Source of the DNA: Candidatus Spongiisociaceae bacterium
GTDB taxonomy: Bacteria > Actinomycetota > Acidimicrobiia > Spongiisociales > Spongiisociaceae
Direction of reading: 5' to 3'
Length of the DNA stretch: 64,000 nt
Assembly (NCBI GenBank): GCA_965262915.1
Contig: OZ253564.1
Coordinates: 1,408,001-1,472,000, forward strand
Shown: piece by piece, positions 14,209-24,745 of the stretch
How the letters are laid out: each line of letters opens with the position of its first letter
Position numbering within the stretch: the stretch's first letter is position 1
Made by a program: the position numbers and the translations under genes
Notes under the pieces: generated by a model
What the model was told of the DNA's origin: nothing
What the model saw: only the letters and a program-made list of their open reading frames with translations
The model's database searches: none

Positions 14209-14571
14209 ATGAGAGAAGCCCCGATTTCGAAAGGGAGAAATATCTTGTCGAGGCAGACCGAACTGCATAAGATCTTACAAGCCAAGAAGGACCTTGACCC
14301 TGTTGAGCAGGCCCAGTTCGAGTCGGCGTATTCTCGTCAACGCAAAGACCCGACGGTAGCTCTGCTCCTGAGCCTCTTCTTAGGAGGGCTGGGAGTGGAC
14401 CGCTTCTACATTGGCCATATCGGACGCGGCATCGCGAAGTTGCTCACGCTCGGCGGTCTCCTTATCTGGCAGATCGTCGACTGGTTCCTGATCCGCCGCC
14501 GAACCGCCGCCAAGAACGCTAAAACGATCCGTGAGGTCAGGGCGGCAATCCTCGCAGCTAGAGCGTCCTAA
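14209..14571 (+). CDS. TM2-domain protein (start may be TTG 14245)
   Basis: [25 protein letters not shown]...WQIVD TM2 signature. Confidence 0.88.
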   Translation: MREAPISKGRNILSRQTELHKILQAKKDLDPVEQAQFESAYSRQRKDPTVALLLSLFLGGLGVDRFYIGHIGRGIAKLLTLGGLLIWQIVDWFLIRRRTAAKNAKTIREVRAAILAARAS

Positions 14572-14944
14572 CCCCCGTCCTAGCGGGCTGTTCGCCGCTG
14601 GGCGGCAGCGGACACCCCTTCCGTTGGGGGGCTCAGGGGGTGGTGGGGTGCGTTTCGTCCGTGTCGAGACCCTCGGCTGGACGGTACCCGGACGAAAGTC
14701 CTCCCCTCTTACCACCGTGCGGCACGGTCCTTGGTCATCGGACGGGTTCGGCGAGTCGCCCCTCGGGGTCGTGTCGCCGATGTGCTGGAAGCGGGATGAT
14801 CCTGTGGGTTGCATGCCGAACATTGTCTTACCGCAGGTTGGCGCCAACAACCGGTGACATACCCGTACCTGCCCTTAGACACTGAGGGATAGACCAGGGT
14901 GATGCCCTATAGACAATCCGTTCGAGGTGTCGGATAGTTAGGTC

Positions 14945-16468
14945 ATGAGTAACCGAACTGCATCACTTCACCGTCCTGACGAGGGCCGCTGGCTGGCGGG
15001 GGTAGCGGCCGGTGTGGGTCGGCGTTTCGGAGTTCCGGTATGGATCCTCCGGGTCGCTTTCGCTCTGCTCTGCTTCGCAGGCGGGCTGGGGGCCCTGCTG
15101 TACGTGGCGGGCTGGCTGCTGATTCCCGGTGAGGGCGAGACCGACGCGATCGTGGCGGGCTGGTTGGGTACCGGCCAGATCCGGCGGTGGGTAGGCGTGA
15201 TCCTTGTCGGTCTCGCCGTCATAATCCTGGTCAACCAGACAGGTCTCATCAGGGGTGACCTGGCGTTCGCGGTGGTACTGATCGGTATCGGCGTGATGCT
15301 TTACCGCGGGGACCTGAGCCGTGGAGACCACCAGCAGGACTCCACCCCGTCGCGTGCCCAACCTGGTGCGTCGTCGTCCCCTCAGGCTATGCCTTCTGGT
15401 ACGGCCGCCGACCCGCCGGTCGGAGCCCCGTCCCCGCCGCCGGTGCGGACGCCACCTCCACCGCCGCGGGAGACTTCGTTTCTTGGCAGGGTGTCGGTGG
15501 GGTTCGCTGTGTTGGCGTTGGGAGTGCTCGGCCTATTCGACAGTACCGTTCCCGGTTTCGATCCCCAGCTCCGCCACTACGTGGCGTTGTTGGTAGCGGT
15601 CACAGGCGTCGGTCTGGTGGTCGGCGCCTGGTTCGGTCGTACGAGAGGTCTGACCGTGCTCGGCGTTGTGCTACTCCCGATCCTGGTCCTGTCACCGTTA
15701 CCGGAGCAGGTCGACCAGAGATCGTCTATCGATTTCGACTTCGCATCGGTTGGACAAGCACAACATCGACCGGGGACGGTAGAGGAGATACTCGCTGAGT
15801 ACGAGATGGGTCTTGGTTCGCTGCTCATCGACCTCCGGGATGTCGACTTCGCCGGTCATACCGTGGCTACGCGAGCCGACGTGGGAATCGGCGAAATCCT
15901 CGTGCGGGTACCGGAGGGCGTGTCCGCCCACGTGAGCGGTCGGGTGGGTATGGGAACGTTGCAGGTCGGCGACCAGGGACAGGGGGGAATCGGCGTCGAG
16001 GGTGATCTCCGCTTGGAGGGAACGGGGGGCAAGCTGGTACTAGATGCAGACATCGGAATCGGCCAGATAGTGGTGTACTCGTGGCCGGAGGACGATCACT
16101 CCCCCTACCCGGGTTCGCAGGAGCCAGCAGGTCGAGACATGTACCGGATCAGAAACGAGGCAGATCTCCGAGAGGCGTACACGCTGGAGAACGGGTCGCT
16201 GCGGTTAGATCTCGGGGAACTGGTCCTCGAGGATGACAAGAGCGTACGCGTCGACGTGGGTCGGGGCGAAGTGTGGGTGACCGTACCGCGGGAACTGGCC
16301 CTGCGGATCACCAGCCGGGTGGACCGTGGGAGCCTCACCCTGTTCGACGAAAGACAGAACGGATCCAATCTGTATGCGGAACGTTCCCTCCATCGAATAG
16401 GAGCCCCCCTGCTCACACTGGACATCAGCCTCGGCGAAGGGACCATGATCGTGGCGCAACAGCAATGA
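14945..16468 (+). CDS. PspC-domain membrane protein with LiaF/DUF2154-like C-terminal domains
   Basis: LHRPDEGRWLAGVAAGVG...LYVAGWLLIP PspC; multiple TMs; two G-x-L-x-[IL]DL beta-rich repeats. Confidence 0.88.
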   Translation: MSNRTASLHRPDEGRWLAGVAAGVGRRFGVPVWILRVAFALLCFAGGLGALLYVAGWLLIPGEGETDAIVAGWLGTGQIRRWVGVILVGLAVIILVNQTGLIRGDLAFAVVLIGIGVMLYRGDLSRGDHQQDSTPSRAQPGASSSPQAMPSGTAADPPVGAPSPPPVRTPPPPPRETSFLGRVSVGFAVLALGVLGLFDSTVPGFDPQLRHYVALLVAVTGVGLVVGAWFGRTRGLTVLGVVLLPILVLSPLPEQVDQRSSIDFDFASVGQAQHRPGTVEEILAEYEMGLGSLLIDLRDVDFAGHTVATRADVGIGEILVRVPEGVSAHVSGRVGMGTLQVGDQGQGGIGVEGDLRLEGTGGKLVLDADIGIGQIVVYSWPEDDHSPYPGSQEPAGRDMYRIRNEADLREAYTLENGSLRLDLGELVLEDDKSVRVDVGRGEVWVTVPRELALRITSRVDRGSLTLFDERQNGSNLYAERSLHRIGAPLLTLDISLGEGTMIVAQQQ

Positions 16469-16719
16469 AACGCCATACGTTCAATGCTTTCTCGCTGGTG
16501 TTCGGAGCAATACTGATCCTGGCGGCCGCGTGGAGCGCATTTTCGGGCCAAGGATGGTTGTTCGACATCCCCCACTGGTTGGTGCCCACGGCGGCGATCC
16601 TCGTCGGTGCCGCTCTGATAAGCCCCTTGTTCGCCTCCAAACAGAGCAACAGGGAACACCCCGAAGAGAACGGTGCGGTCGCCCAGTCCCAGGAGACGAA
16701 CAACCCTGCTCCCGGCTAG
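16465..16719 (+). CDS. Small membrane protein coupled to the PspC gene
   Basis: MKRHTFNAFSLVFG start overlapping upstream stop (ATGA); two TMs. Confidence 0.75.
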   Translation: MKRHTFNAFSLVFGAILILAAAWSAFSGQGWLFDIPHWLVPTAAILVGAALISPLFASKQSNREHPEENGAVAQSQETNNPAPG

Positions 16720-17343
16720 GGGTTGCCTGATCATGTGTGCCAAATCGGCGGGTTGTACTTCGTCTAATGGGTTGGGGCGGGTTTGGGTTGCCGGAATATC
16801 TGAACGAGATGTGGTGCGGTTCCAAGATGTGTACCGGCCTTGTTGACGATCATTGAAGCTACCCGGCCTTCCCTGTTAGACGAGGTACCTTCATCCCTAT
16901 TGGCTGGAGACAGTTGGCTGCAACTTCAGTTGATACTGCAAGGCCTTTAGTACCCTGTTGCGGTACTTCTCTTCGGTTGCGGCGAACGGCTCCAAGCTGC
17001 CACCGAACAGTCCAGCTTGGAGCCGCCCCAGTCGGCGCCCGCTTGTTCTGCTTCTGTCTTTATCCGCTCCCAGAGAGGCGGCCCGATGTCGAATACCAGT
17101 TCGTGGTGACATCGCCGATGGGCGGGCACGCCATCGCCGCCTACCAAAACGAAGGCCACACCGTCGAAGACCAGCACCTGGCCCACATACGCCCCGCCCG
17201 ATTCGAGCACATCAACCCCTACAGCACCTACAACCTCAACGTCGAAGCCGTACTCCAACGAATCCAACACCGACCCCTCAAACCTGCCCAACCCATTAGA
17301 CGAAGTACAACCCGCCGATTTGGCACAAATGATCAGCCACCCC
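16719..17343 (+). mobile_element. Tn3-family mini-element (IR family A) with TnpA C-terminal remnant
   Basis: IRs GGGGTTGCCTGATCATGTGTGCCAAATCGGCGGGTTGTACTTCGTCTAATGGG and inverted copy; LAHIRPARFEHINPYSTY TnpA tail. Confidence 0.85.
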
Positions 17344-17536
17344 CCACACCCAACACTCGGTCGGACCTCAAAGCCCACAACCGCACACCCCGGCAGTCAC
17401 CTGAGCTGTCATTGTGTCTAGGCTGTCGAGTCTCGGCGCGGCATCGAAATCGGAACGGCAGACGGTGCGGATGCTTGAGCGATCGGCGGTTTGCTCAAGT
17501 TGATACTCGCAAGCGGTGCTTCCTAGCCTCCCCCAC

Positions 17537-18493
17537 ATGACCGATGATCAGCCCGATCGAAGCCAAATCTGGAATCTGCTGAACTACAAGACCCTGCATG
17601 CGACTGCATCGCTCATGTATCTGCTCCAGGGCATGGAACTGGTCCGAGGGCGGATTCTGCCCACATACAACAGAGTTCCGCCGAACAGCCGCCACGGGGC
17701 AGTCTTTCCGCCGGAACTCTCCTATGTGGATATCCCGCTGGTGGACAACGGTCCGGGCTTCGACCTCAACGAGGTCTTGGGGCGCGAGGGCGAAGCCGAG
17801 CAACTCGCATTCAAAGCCTGGATCGAGGAAACGTACAACATCGTCTGGGAAAGCGATCTACGCAACGTCATGAAAGCGAGCATTGCTGCCAATGACGCGA
17901 TTCGCCCACGAGCCAACCCCTGGGGCGATCTGAGGCACATCAGAAACGATCTCGTGCACCACGCTGGCATCGCGAGCGCCCAAGAGACCGGCAAGTGCAC
18001 TGTCCTCAGATGGTTCGAGCCAGGCGATCCGATGATTCTCACGATGGGTCACGTGCTTGACTTCCTCAACCACATGAACCTCATGAACCTGATGGGCGGG
18101 TTCATATCCGGAGCTGCAGCCAGGTGGTTCGTGTACCCCCAGATGCGCAGCGCACTGGAGGAACGGGAAACCCCCGAAATCGTCTCGCTGCGCATCGTGT
18201 TCATCGGAGCGGACGACGACGGCACCAGCGCCCACGGCATCTGTGTTGCCTTCGACAACGGAGTCTGGGCGAAGACTCCATTCAGGCATCCTGCCAACGG
18301 TACGCCGATACCGGACCGCATGGCATTCATGGAACAAACCCTCGTTGACGACGACGGCAATGTGAGGCTCGCCAACGGAACCACCCTCGACCGACGCGAC
18401 CTGTACCTGTCCGGCATCGCCGTCATGTTCGGCGACGTACCACAAGACGACAAGCCGCCCCTGCCCGGTCCGTGGTTCCAATTCAGAGAATGA
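17537..18493 (+). CDS. Hypothetical protein with HEPN-like RxxxxH motif
   Basis: WGDLRHIRNDLVHH in a helical N-terminal half; long GC3-biased ORF. Confidence 0.6.
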   Translation: MTDDQPDRSQIWNLLNYKTLHATASLMYLLQGMELVRGRILPTYNRVPPNSRHGAVFPPELSYVDIPLVDNGPGFDLNEVLGREGEAEQLAFKAWIEETYNIVWESDLRNVMKASIAANDAIRPRANPWGDLRHIRNDLVHHAGIASAQETGKCTVLRWFEPGDPMILTMGHVLDFLNHMNLMNLMGGFISGAAARWFVYPQMRSALEERETPEIVSLRIVFIGADDDGTSAHGICVAFDNGVWAKTPFRHPANGTPIPDRMAFMEQTLVDDDGNVRLANGTTLDRRDLYLSGIAVMFGDVPQDDKPPLPGPWFQFRE

Positions 18494-18746
18494 ACCCGAT
18501 CACAAGGCTCAAATGTGCCGTCCGTGACATCATGCGGCGACGTGACGCCGGACCGACTCCGGCAGGTCGCCAGGTGCGGCCGAATGCCCGGAAACGCCGG
18601 GAGTTCGTCTACTGGCCCGGTCTCCGCTGACCATCGTTGACTAGCGCTGTGTGGTGTATATCCAAACGTGGCCGGGCGGGTTTATGCACGGCCCGGCTGC
18701 TGGTTTCCGGAAACCGGCTTCTACCTGGGGAGACGCTGCGGGCCCA

Positions 18747-18774
18747 GCTTGTCATGATGTCTTTTATCGGACAT
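18747..18774 (-). other. XerCD dif-like site (degenerate D arm)
   Basis: Minus strand ATGTCCGATAA-AAGACA-TCATGACAAGC (11-6-11). Confidence 0.65.
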
Positions 18775-19018
18775 CACGTTCCCCCGCCGGTGTCCGCCCC
18801 GTTGGTCTTGGTAGCCGGCTACCGGGCTGCACGCTGCGCTGCATCAACGGACTACCCCTCCGCTGGAGGGGCTCAAGAGAGTGTTAGGCAGGCCGGGCGA
18901 CCTATGACAGCCGGCCACAGTTCCCCGTCCAGATCCTCGCCCAGTGTGGGTGATGTCCCGGATTCGGCGTGTGGCTGCCCGGCGGCGGTGAGGAAGCGTT
19001 TGCCCCAATCAGGCGTGT

Positions 19019-19687
19019 TTAGAGCCAGACCTCCACACCGCCCGAGAACGCTGAATCATGTAGTGTCAGTACCGCTCCAGTTCCATCTCGCGGGAAGCTT
19101 TCGGGAACATCGAAGGGCACTATCGCCTCAAAGCTCAGTCCCGGATTTAGGTCCTCTAAGGCGGTGCCGCTCCAGGTAAAAGAGGCAGCATCATATGTAG
19201 CTGCGCCTAATGTGAGTTTTTGATTACCTGCGAAGAAGGACTGCGCTTCGTCGCTGACATTCGTTACCTTTATCCGAGCAATAAGCCACGTACCGAGTGC
19301 CTCATCCTCTAGCCCTCCAGACCCGAGGATCTTGCCTGGCTGTTCTACATCGATAACAACAAACTCAAACTTGCCGTCCCGTACCGGGTCGCCGATGCTC
19401 GCTCGCTTAGGGGGAGGCTTAGTAGTCGTTGTAGTTGTTGTGGCGATGCGCGTCGTCGTAGTAGTCGTTGCCTCGGAACGAGGTTGAGCACTAGTTGGGG
19501 ACTGATTGCTCCCGGTGTCGCTACCGACGATGCTACCAACGATGAGAACACCAAAGGAAGCGGCCACAATCAACAGAGCACGCGACCGCGGGATCCGCAG
19601 CGCCTTGATCGGGTAGATGACGTTGACAAGGCCGAGAAGGAACGATAACAACCCCAGTAGGACGAGAAGAGTGCCTAAAGTGTCCAA
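19019..19687 (-). CDS. DUF4352-like membrane-anchored protein
   Basis: TMs, Thr-rich linker, IGDPVRDGKFEFVV...LNPGLS...FDVP...LHDSAFSGG. Confidence 0.85.
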   Translation of the reverse strand: MDTLGTLLVLLGLLSFLLGLVNVIYPIKALRIPRSRALLIVAASFGVLIVGSIVGSDTGSNQSPTSAQPRSEATTTTTTRIATTTTTTTKPPPKRASIGDPVRDGKFEFVVIDVEQPGKILGSGGLEDEALGTWLIARIKVTNVSDEAQSFFAGNQKLTLGAATYDAASFTWSGTALEDLNPGLSFEAIVPFDVPESFPRDGTGAVLTLHDSAFSGGVEVWL

Positions 19688-19949
19688 CTTAATCTCCCAT
19701 CCTTCAAGAACCTAACTCCTTTAGGGGTGCCAGCCTGCTCGGAGTCGCTTCAGGTCCCTTTAAGGGTTGAACCCTAGCTCCGGAGCCGTCCCGACCTCGC
19801 TGGGGTCTGTGTCAGGAAGCTGTCCTCAACGCGGGGCGCTACCCAAGTTAACAAAGTCGGGTCTTCCCCGGACAGGAGGGGTGCCATAGGTCCCCGTCCC
19901 AGGTCCCTCCCCCCGACGCCTTCTCCGGAGGCTGATGCCGGGTAGGCCG

Positions 19950-19977
19950 TTGTCCGATAATAGATATTATGTAAACC
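19950..19977 (+). other. XerCD dif-like site
   Basis: TTGTCCGATAA-TAGATA-TTATGTAAACC fits the 11-6-11 dif pattern (CGATAA C arm, TTATGT D arm). Confidence 0.85.
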
Positions 19978-20159
19978 TGCGCCCGTGGTGTTTCCCCAGG
20001 TAGATGGCGGTTTCCGGCAGTAGGCGGCCGGTGACGTGCATAACACGGTCGAATATGCGGCGGTTAATACCGGTCGACGATGGTCAGCAGAGACCGGGCT
20101 GGTAGAGGAGCTCCCGGCGGGTACGGTTAACCCCCTATGAGCAGAGTCCGGCCCCCAGG

Positions 20160-20445
20160 GCGCCCACCACCCACATATCCTCCCGGCCGCCACTGCGCCA
20201 GCGACAGCTGCGCGGCGCGTCTGTCCATTTACAACCCGACCGACCACTGCGGCCTCCACTCCCTCCGACACCCACTCAAACGGAGCCGCCGAGGCTGGTG
20301 AGAGCATCGGGCGGGTAGCCGCTGTCGGCGGCGGGTCGAGCCTCCCGAGCCCTTTCAGAGGTTGGGAGTACCCCAGTAGGTAGGAGGGGCCGTTACGTGA
20401 GAGGAGACGGGCCCGAGGTTCCCGGGCCCAGAACGCTGCTCTACC
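20160..20445 (-). repeat. ~280-bp non-coding repeat, copy 2
   Basis: Reverse-complement homolog of 12126-12403. Confidence 0.85.
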
Positions 20446-20518
20446 CGCGGGCTCGCCGGATGCGGGACATCATCGACCACCACTCCCGATCCGCCGCCAG
20501 CGTGTCTTTATCTACCAG

Positions 20519-20593
20519 CACCCCAGCCGAGGCCCTCACCGAACACCTAGACTCCCTCCAACAAGGCACTGTTGCAACGACCCCTTGAACCTG
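20519..20593 (+). mobile_element. IS30 end remnant
   Basis: TPAEALTEHLDSLQQGTVATTP and TGTTGCAACGACCCCTTGAACCTGG match the IS30 end at 10335-10410. Confidence 0.8.
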
Positions 20594-21312
20594 GTGAGAC
20601 CACACCAACCGACCCCAGCCCCCAGCGGAAGGGTGCTCCGCTGCCGCCACCCGGCGACAGCCATGGAACCGGGTTCCCCAGCCCGTCGTGGCGGCTGTGG
20701 CCCAGCATGTCGCCGTCTGCGTTCTCGAGGGGGTTTCGGGCGGAAACACCCCAAAACCCGCCGTCAGAACGCTAACCACCATAACCCAAAGGCCTAGAAG
20801 CCGTTTTGGGGGCCGGGAGAACCCCGCCACGACCTAGGAGGCCTGACCGCTCCGGTTTCCACGTGTCAGCTGGTGCAGCCTGCGAGCGAGCTACGAGCCT
20901 AGGGGGTCCGTCCCCAACCGCCGACGGACAGCTGCGCCGCCGAATCCGGGGGCAACCCACCCGCCGCCGGCGACGACCCCGACGGGGGGCTATGACGCTG
21001 GCTGTCCTGAGAACGCCCGGCCTGCCTGACTCCCCTCCAGCGGAAGGGAAGTCCCCTGCCGCCGCCCAGCGAATTGCCAGGTAACCGGTTCCCCTACGTC
21101 GTGGCAGTTGGGGGGACGGGGGGTTTCAGGTTGCTACTACGGAATTCCTGGTTACGAAATGCCGGCGCCTTACCGAAGGTTGTGGGTCGCCTCGGTGCGG
21201 AACAGATGCACGAGGGTTACGGCAATCTGGACCGCTGCTTCGGCCCAGGCTGCTTTACAAGGGCCAGTTGGGGCAGCGCTGCGAGTCGGCAGCGATTCTC
21301 TTGCAGGATCAA

Positions 21313-21594
21313 TCAAAGGCGTTGTCTCTTGCGCGCTTCAAGGATTGCGTTGTTGTAATTATCGACCCAACCCTTGACGAGAAACAGATTAACCACAAAC
21401 CATATTCCCGTCACAATTAGAGGAATAATCAGCCACCCCAATAAAACGACGATAGCCCAATAGATCACTCCCAAAGTCACTTTTCTCAGGAAAAAGAAAT
21501 GGATAGGAAATATGATGGCCAGCGCCATCATAGCTCCGAAGCCCCTAAGAGGCTTCGCGGCTAGTTGCTCGTCAGGTAGCCACTGATCAGTCAT
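21313..21594 (-). CDS. Small TM2-like membrane protein, low GC
   Basis: AAAGGAGG RBS; IHFFFLRK...GVIY...WFVVNLFLV. Confidence 0.7.
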   Translation of the reverse strand: MTDQWLPDEQLAAKPLRGFGAMMALAIIFPIHFFFLRKVTLGVIYWAIVVLLGWLIIPLIVTGIWFVVNLFLVKGWVDNYNNAILEARKRQRL

Positions 21595-21824
21595 ATTAGT
21601 GGTTCCTCCTTTGTTGGGTTGGATGAACCGGTATATCGAGAGGAGACTTACCTCGCTACTTGCCCACAAGTAGTCGCCATTGTTCCCAGCCCGGCTATAC
21701 CCTGCGAGGTTAGCCGGGTCCTTCACCACCATGAGGGGTCAACGCCTCGGAACCCCGAACCCCCAGCCCTCACAGCGGAAGGGTAGTCCGCTGCCCATAG
21801 CGGTGAACAGCCAGCTAACCGATT

Positions 21825-22267
21825 GGCCCTGCGCGGAAATGTGGGTTGGGTGGGTTGAAATCCTTGGATTGGGGGTGAGGCCTCGCTGGAATCGGTGAAT
21901 AGCGAAGTCGCCGAATCCAGGAGAGGCCTCGATGTCTGATCTTATGTCTGTTCGTCTGCACCTGTCGGGTGTTCGCGTGAGGGGAGTGCCGGTGGACACG
22001 GTTGACCGCCTCGAGGTCGAAGTCGCATCGGCTCGGGAGTGGTCGCGGTGCCGCCATTGTGGGTTCCGCTGCTTTCGGGTGTGGGACCGGAGGACGAAGC
22101 GGGTTCGTGACCTGGGGGTGAGCGGCCGTCGCGCCACCCTGGTTTGGCGTCGTCGCCGGTTCTGCTGTGGGAACTGCGGGGAACGCCACCTCGAGGACCA
22201 CGACCAGTTCGGGCGGTGGCCCGCCATCCATGGGGTTGGCTGGCATCGGATCATGCGCCTGGTGAGA
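21825..22267 (+). pseudogene. ISL3-family left end and transposase zinc-finger remnant
   Basis: GGCCCT end; CRHCG...RVRDL...RRRRFCCGNC; truncated at a Tn3 IR. Confidence 0.8.
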
Positions 22268-22313
22268 GGGGGGTGGCTGATCATTTGTGCCAAATCGGCG
22301 GGTTGTACTTCGG

Positions 22314-22665
22314 CTAATGGGTTGGGGCAGGTTTGAGGGGTCGGTGTTGGATTCGTTGGAGTACGGCTTCGACGTTGAGGTTGTAGGTGCTGTAGGGGTT
22401 GATGTGGTCGAATCGGGCGGGGCTTATGTGGGCCAGGGACCGTATGGGGGGCCTCCACCGGGTGGGGAACGAACCCGGGGTAGGGCAGGCCGGTCAACCT
22501 CAACCGCCTTGGGCTAGGCGGGTTACCGGATTGCGATGCGACCGCAGCCAACGGATGTCCTCGAGATCGAGATAGAAATAGGCAGCCAGGTCGCTGTGTG
22601 CAACATCATCGGGCCCGCAAGTCGAGGGCTCGCTGTTCCGGTTCGGGGATGACCGAGGTCGGCAT
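22314..22665 (-). pseudogene. tnpA: Tn3 TnpA, N-terminus fused to C-terminus by a large deletion
   Basis: DLAAYFYLDLEDIRWLRSHRNPVTRLA (DUF4158-like) next to HISPARFDHINPYSTY tail. Confidence 0.75.
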
Positions 22666-22687
22666 AGGCGATTCTGATCCCAGCGCC

Positions 22688-23563
22688 TTACTGGTCGATC
22701 AGTATCGATTCGACAGCATCGGCTCGGTCGGTGTCCGACGGGAGGCTGTAGCGTCGGGTCGTGTCCAGGCGGCGATGCCCGGCGAGTTCTGCAATAAGCA
22801 CGACATCGGCTCCCGAGCGAACCAGGTTCGTGACGAACGTGTGACGAAGCACATGCCCGGACAACCCCTCAAGAGCCGTGTCAGCCGCGATCCGTTCGAT
22901 GATGTGGCCGACAGCCCGAACCGACAGACGGGTACCTAGACGCGAGAGCCACAACGCATCCGCAACGAGCCCCTTGAGATCGCAGAGACCCGCCCGCGCA
23001 TCCAACCAGTTCTCAAGCATTGGCCGACATGCCGAGTTGAGCGGCACCTTCCGGTACCGGTCTCCTTTACCCGACCGCACCGTGACCATCCCTTTGCGGG
23101 CGGTGATCGCCACATCCGTTACCACCAGAGCCGCCAACTCCGACAGGCGAAGACCCGTATACAGCATGAGGGTGACGATGGCCCGGTCCCTCACCGAAGG
23201 GAGACGCTCCACTGCACGTATCAGCTTCCGCTGGTCCGTGTGGTCCAACGCCCGGGGCGCTACCTGAGGGATCTGTTCGCGGGCCACGTCGGGGCGGCCC
23301 ATCTGTCGGGAACGGTAGAAGTTGTCGATAGCAGCCAAGGCTTGGTTGACCGTCGCCGCAGACCAGCGCTTCTGCACCTTCATCTGTCGCTTGTAGTCCC
23401 GCACCGCCCAGTCACGCCGATCGTGCTGCGTCAAAGCAGCCTCAGGATCCCCAGTATCGGCGAGCCATCTCAGATACGAGCCCACCTGCGCCCTGTACGC
23501 TTGGCGGGAACGGGAGGCCAACGGCTGGCGGTCAAGCCACACCGTGTAGGTCTCAAAGGCCAT
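22688..23563 (-). CDS. TnpI/XerC-like tyrosine recombinase
   Basis: RDRAIVTLMLYTGLRLSEL, GKG, HVLRHTF, LAGH, TTRRY. Confidence 0.92.
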   Translation of the reverse strand: MAFETYTVWLDRQPLASRSRQAYRAQVGSYLRWLADTGDPEAALTQHDRRDWAVRDYKRQMKVQKRWSAATVNQALAAIDNFYRSRQMGRPDVAREQIPQVAPRALDHTDQRKLIRAVERLPSVRDRAIVTLMLYTGLRLSELAALVVTDVAITARKGMVTVRSGKGDRYRKVPLNSACRPMLENWLDARAGLCDLKGLVADALWLSRLGTRLSVRAVGHIIERIAADTALEGLSGHVLRHTFVTNLVRSGADVVLIAELAGHRRLDTTRRYSLPSDTDRADAVESILIDQ

Positions 23564-23603
23564 CCCGGCCAGCGTTCCGGCCTCCACACCCGCCCCTTCC
23601 CTG

Positions 23604-23701
23604 TTAGACGAAGTACGTTCGGGGTGTTTCCAGCACTTCCCGAACGGGTTAGACGAAGTAGCGGCGTATTGTACTGCGTCTAACAAGTATTAGACGAAGA
23701 A
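23604..23701. other. Internal resolution site (core inverted repeat plus two direct repeats)
   Basis: TTAGACGAAGTA at 23604 and 23649; core TACTGCGTCTAA-CAAGTA-TTAGACGAAGAA at 23672-23701. Confidence 0.85.
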
Positions 23702-23732
23702 GAACGCCGCCGGAAGGTGGCAGCACCGAGGG

Positions 23733-24224
23733 TCACCGCGCCCGGGGTTTGGCTCTAGCCTGTCCGGTGTACCTGGCCGGTTCTGCGTGGAGGAGATCGC
23801 CAACAGCGACCTCCATTTCCTCGTCGTCGAAGATCGCAGTGATCCGCAGCTTCCCGCCGGTAGCTTCGATGAAACGGACCAAAGTAGCGAGATGAAGGTT
23901 GCCTCGCCTTTCGATGCGTGACACCTCACCCTGACTGATACGGAGCTGATCCGACATCTGCTGTTGGGTGAGACCGCGTGCCTTGCGGATCGCCTGGAGG
24001 GTTCGGACCCGGTTCGCAATCTCCGCGAACGTCTGGGCTTCGACAGCGGCTGCTCGTGGATTAGCGCGGATCTGCTCCCCGATAGCCTCCATCCGCTCGG
24101 CTGTTGTCGCCCACTCTTGGTCAGTGAACTCACTAGGTCCGAGTTCTGGGTTGTCAACAATGGCCCGCACCCTCTCCCGGTTTCGATCCCCGACTAAGTT
24201 GTCTGTCCCCTGATTCTCAGCCAT
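23733..24224 (-). CDS. XRE-family HTH antitoxin (HigA-like)
   Basis: LQAIRKARGLTQQQMSDQLRISQGEVSRIERR...LVRFIEATGGKL; AAGGAGG RBS. Confidence 0.85.
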   Translation of the reverse strand: MAENQGTDNLVGDRNRERVRAIVDNPELGPSEFTDQEWATTAERMEAIGEQIRANPRAAAVEAQTFAEIANRVRTLQAIRKARGLTQQQMSDQLRISQGEVSRIERRGNLHLATLVRFIEATGGKLRITAIFDDEEMEVAVGDLLHAEPARYTGQARAKPRAR

Positions 24225-24273
24225 AGCCGACCTCCTTGACCCACCAAGAACCCGCCGTCTTGTTGTGCTGCAG

Positions 24274-24745
24274 TTATCGGATCCTTCTTACCTGCGCGCG
24301 GTGGCTCGGCTGGTGTCGGTGCCACTCTCCGATCATGAGGCTCTCGATCTGGCTGACGACACTCCGATACCACCCGTTGCCCAACTGCGTCTTGTCCCCG
24401 ACCAACATCACCACCGCCACCTCACCGCCGTCCCCAACATCGAACCAGACATAAGGGATCCTCAGCACTGGCGGACTGTCGGCGTACGGTGTGTAGACGG
24501 TCGGCGGGGTTCGACGCAGCGCGAACAACTCGAACCGCCGAGGTCACAATCGGATGGCTGGCATCCCCAGGCTGATAGCCCTCAATAAGGTGGCCATGCT
24601 CTTCGAGCGCACGAACCAGGGCCACAACATCGCCCAGCAACTCCATGTACCGGTCTTCAGCAACGGCTACAACATTGAGTTCCCGAAGCTGCCGAACGAA
24701 TGTCGGGTGGTACATAACAGCCGCCACAAACACCCAGTATGCCAT
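24274..24745 (-). pseudogene. RelE/Gp49-like toxin, frameshifted
   Basis: Two overlapping frames; C-terminal VVMLVGDK...WY motif upstream of XRE antitoxin. Confidence 0.55.

Noticed and set aside
12827-21812. Classical integron
   Set aside because: No IntI-type integrase recognised and the hairpins lack the RYYYAAC/GTTRRRY attC boxes.
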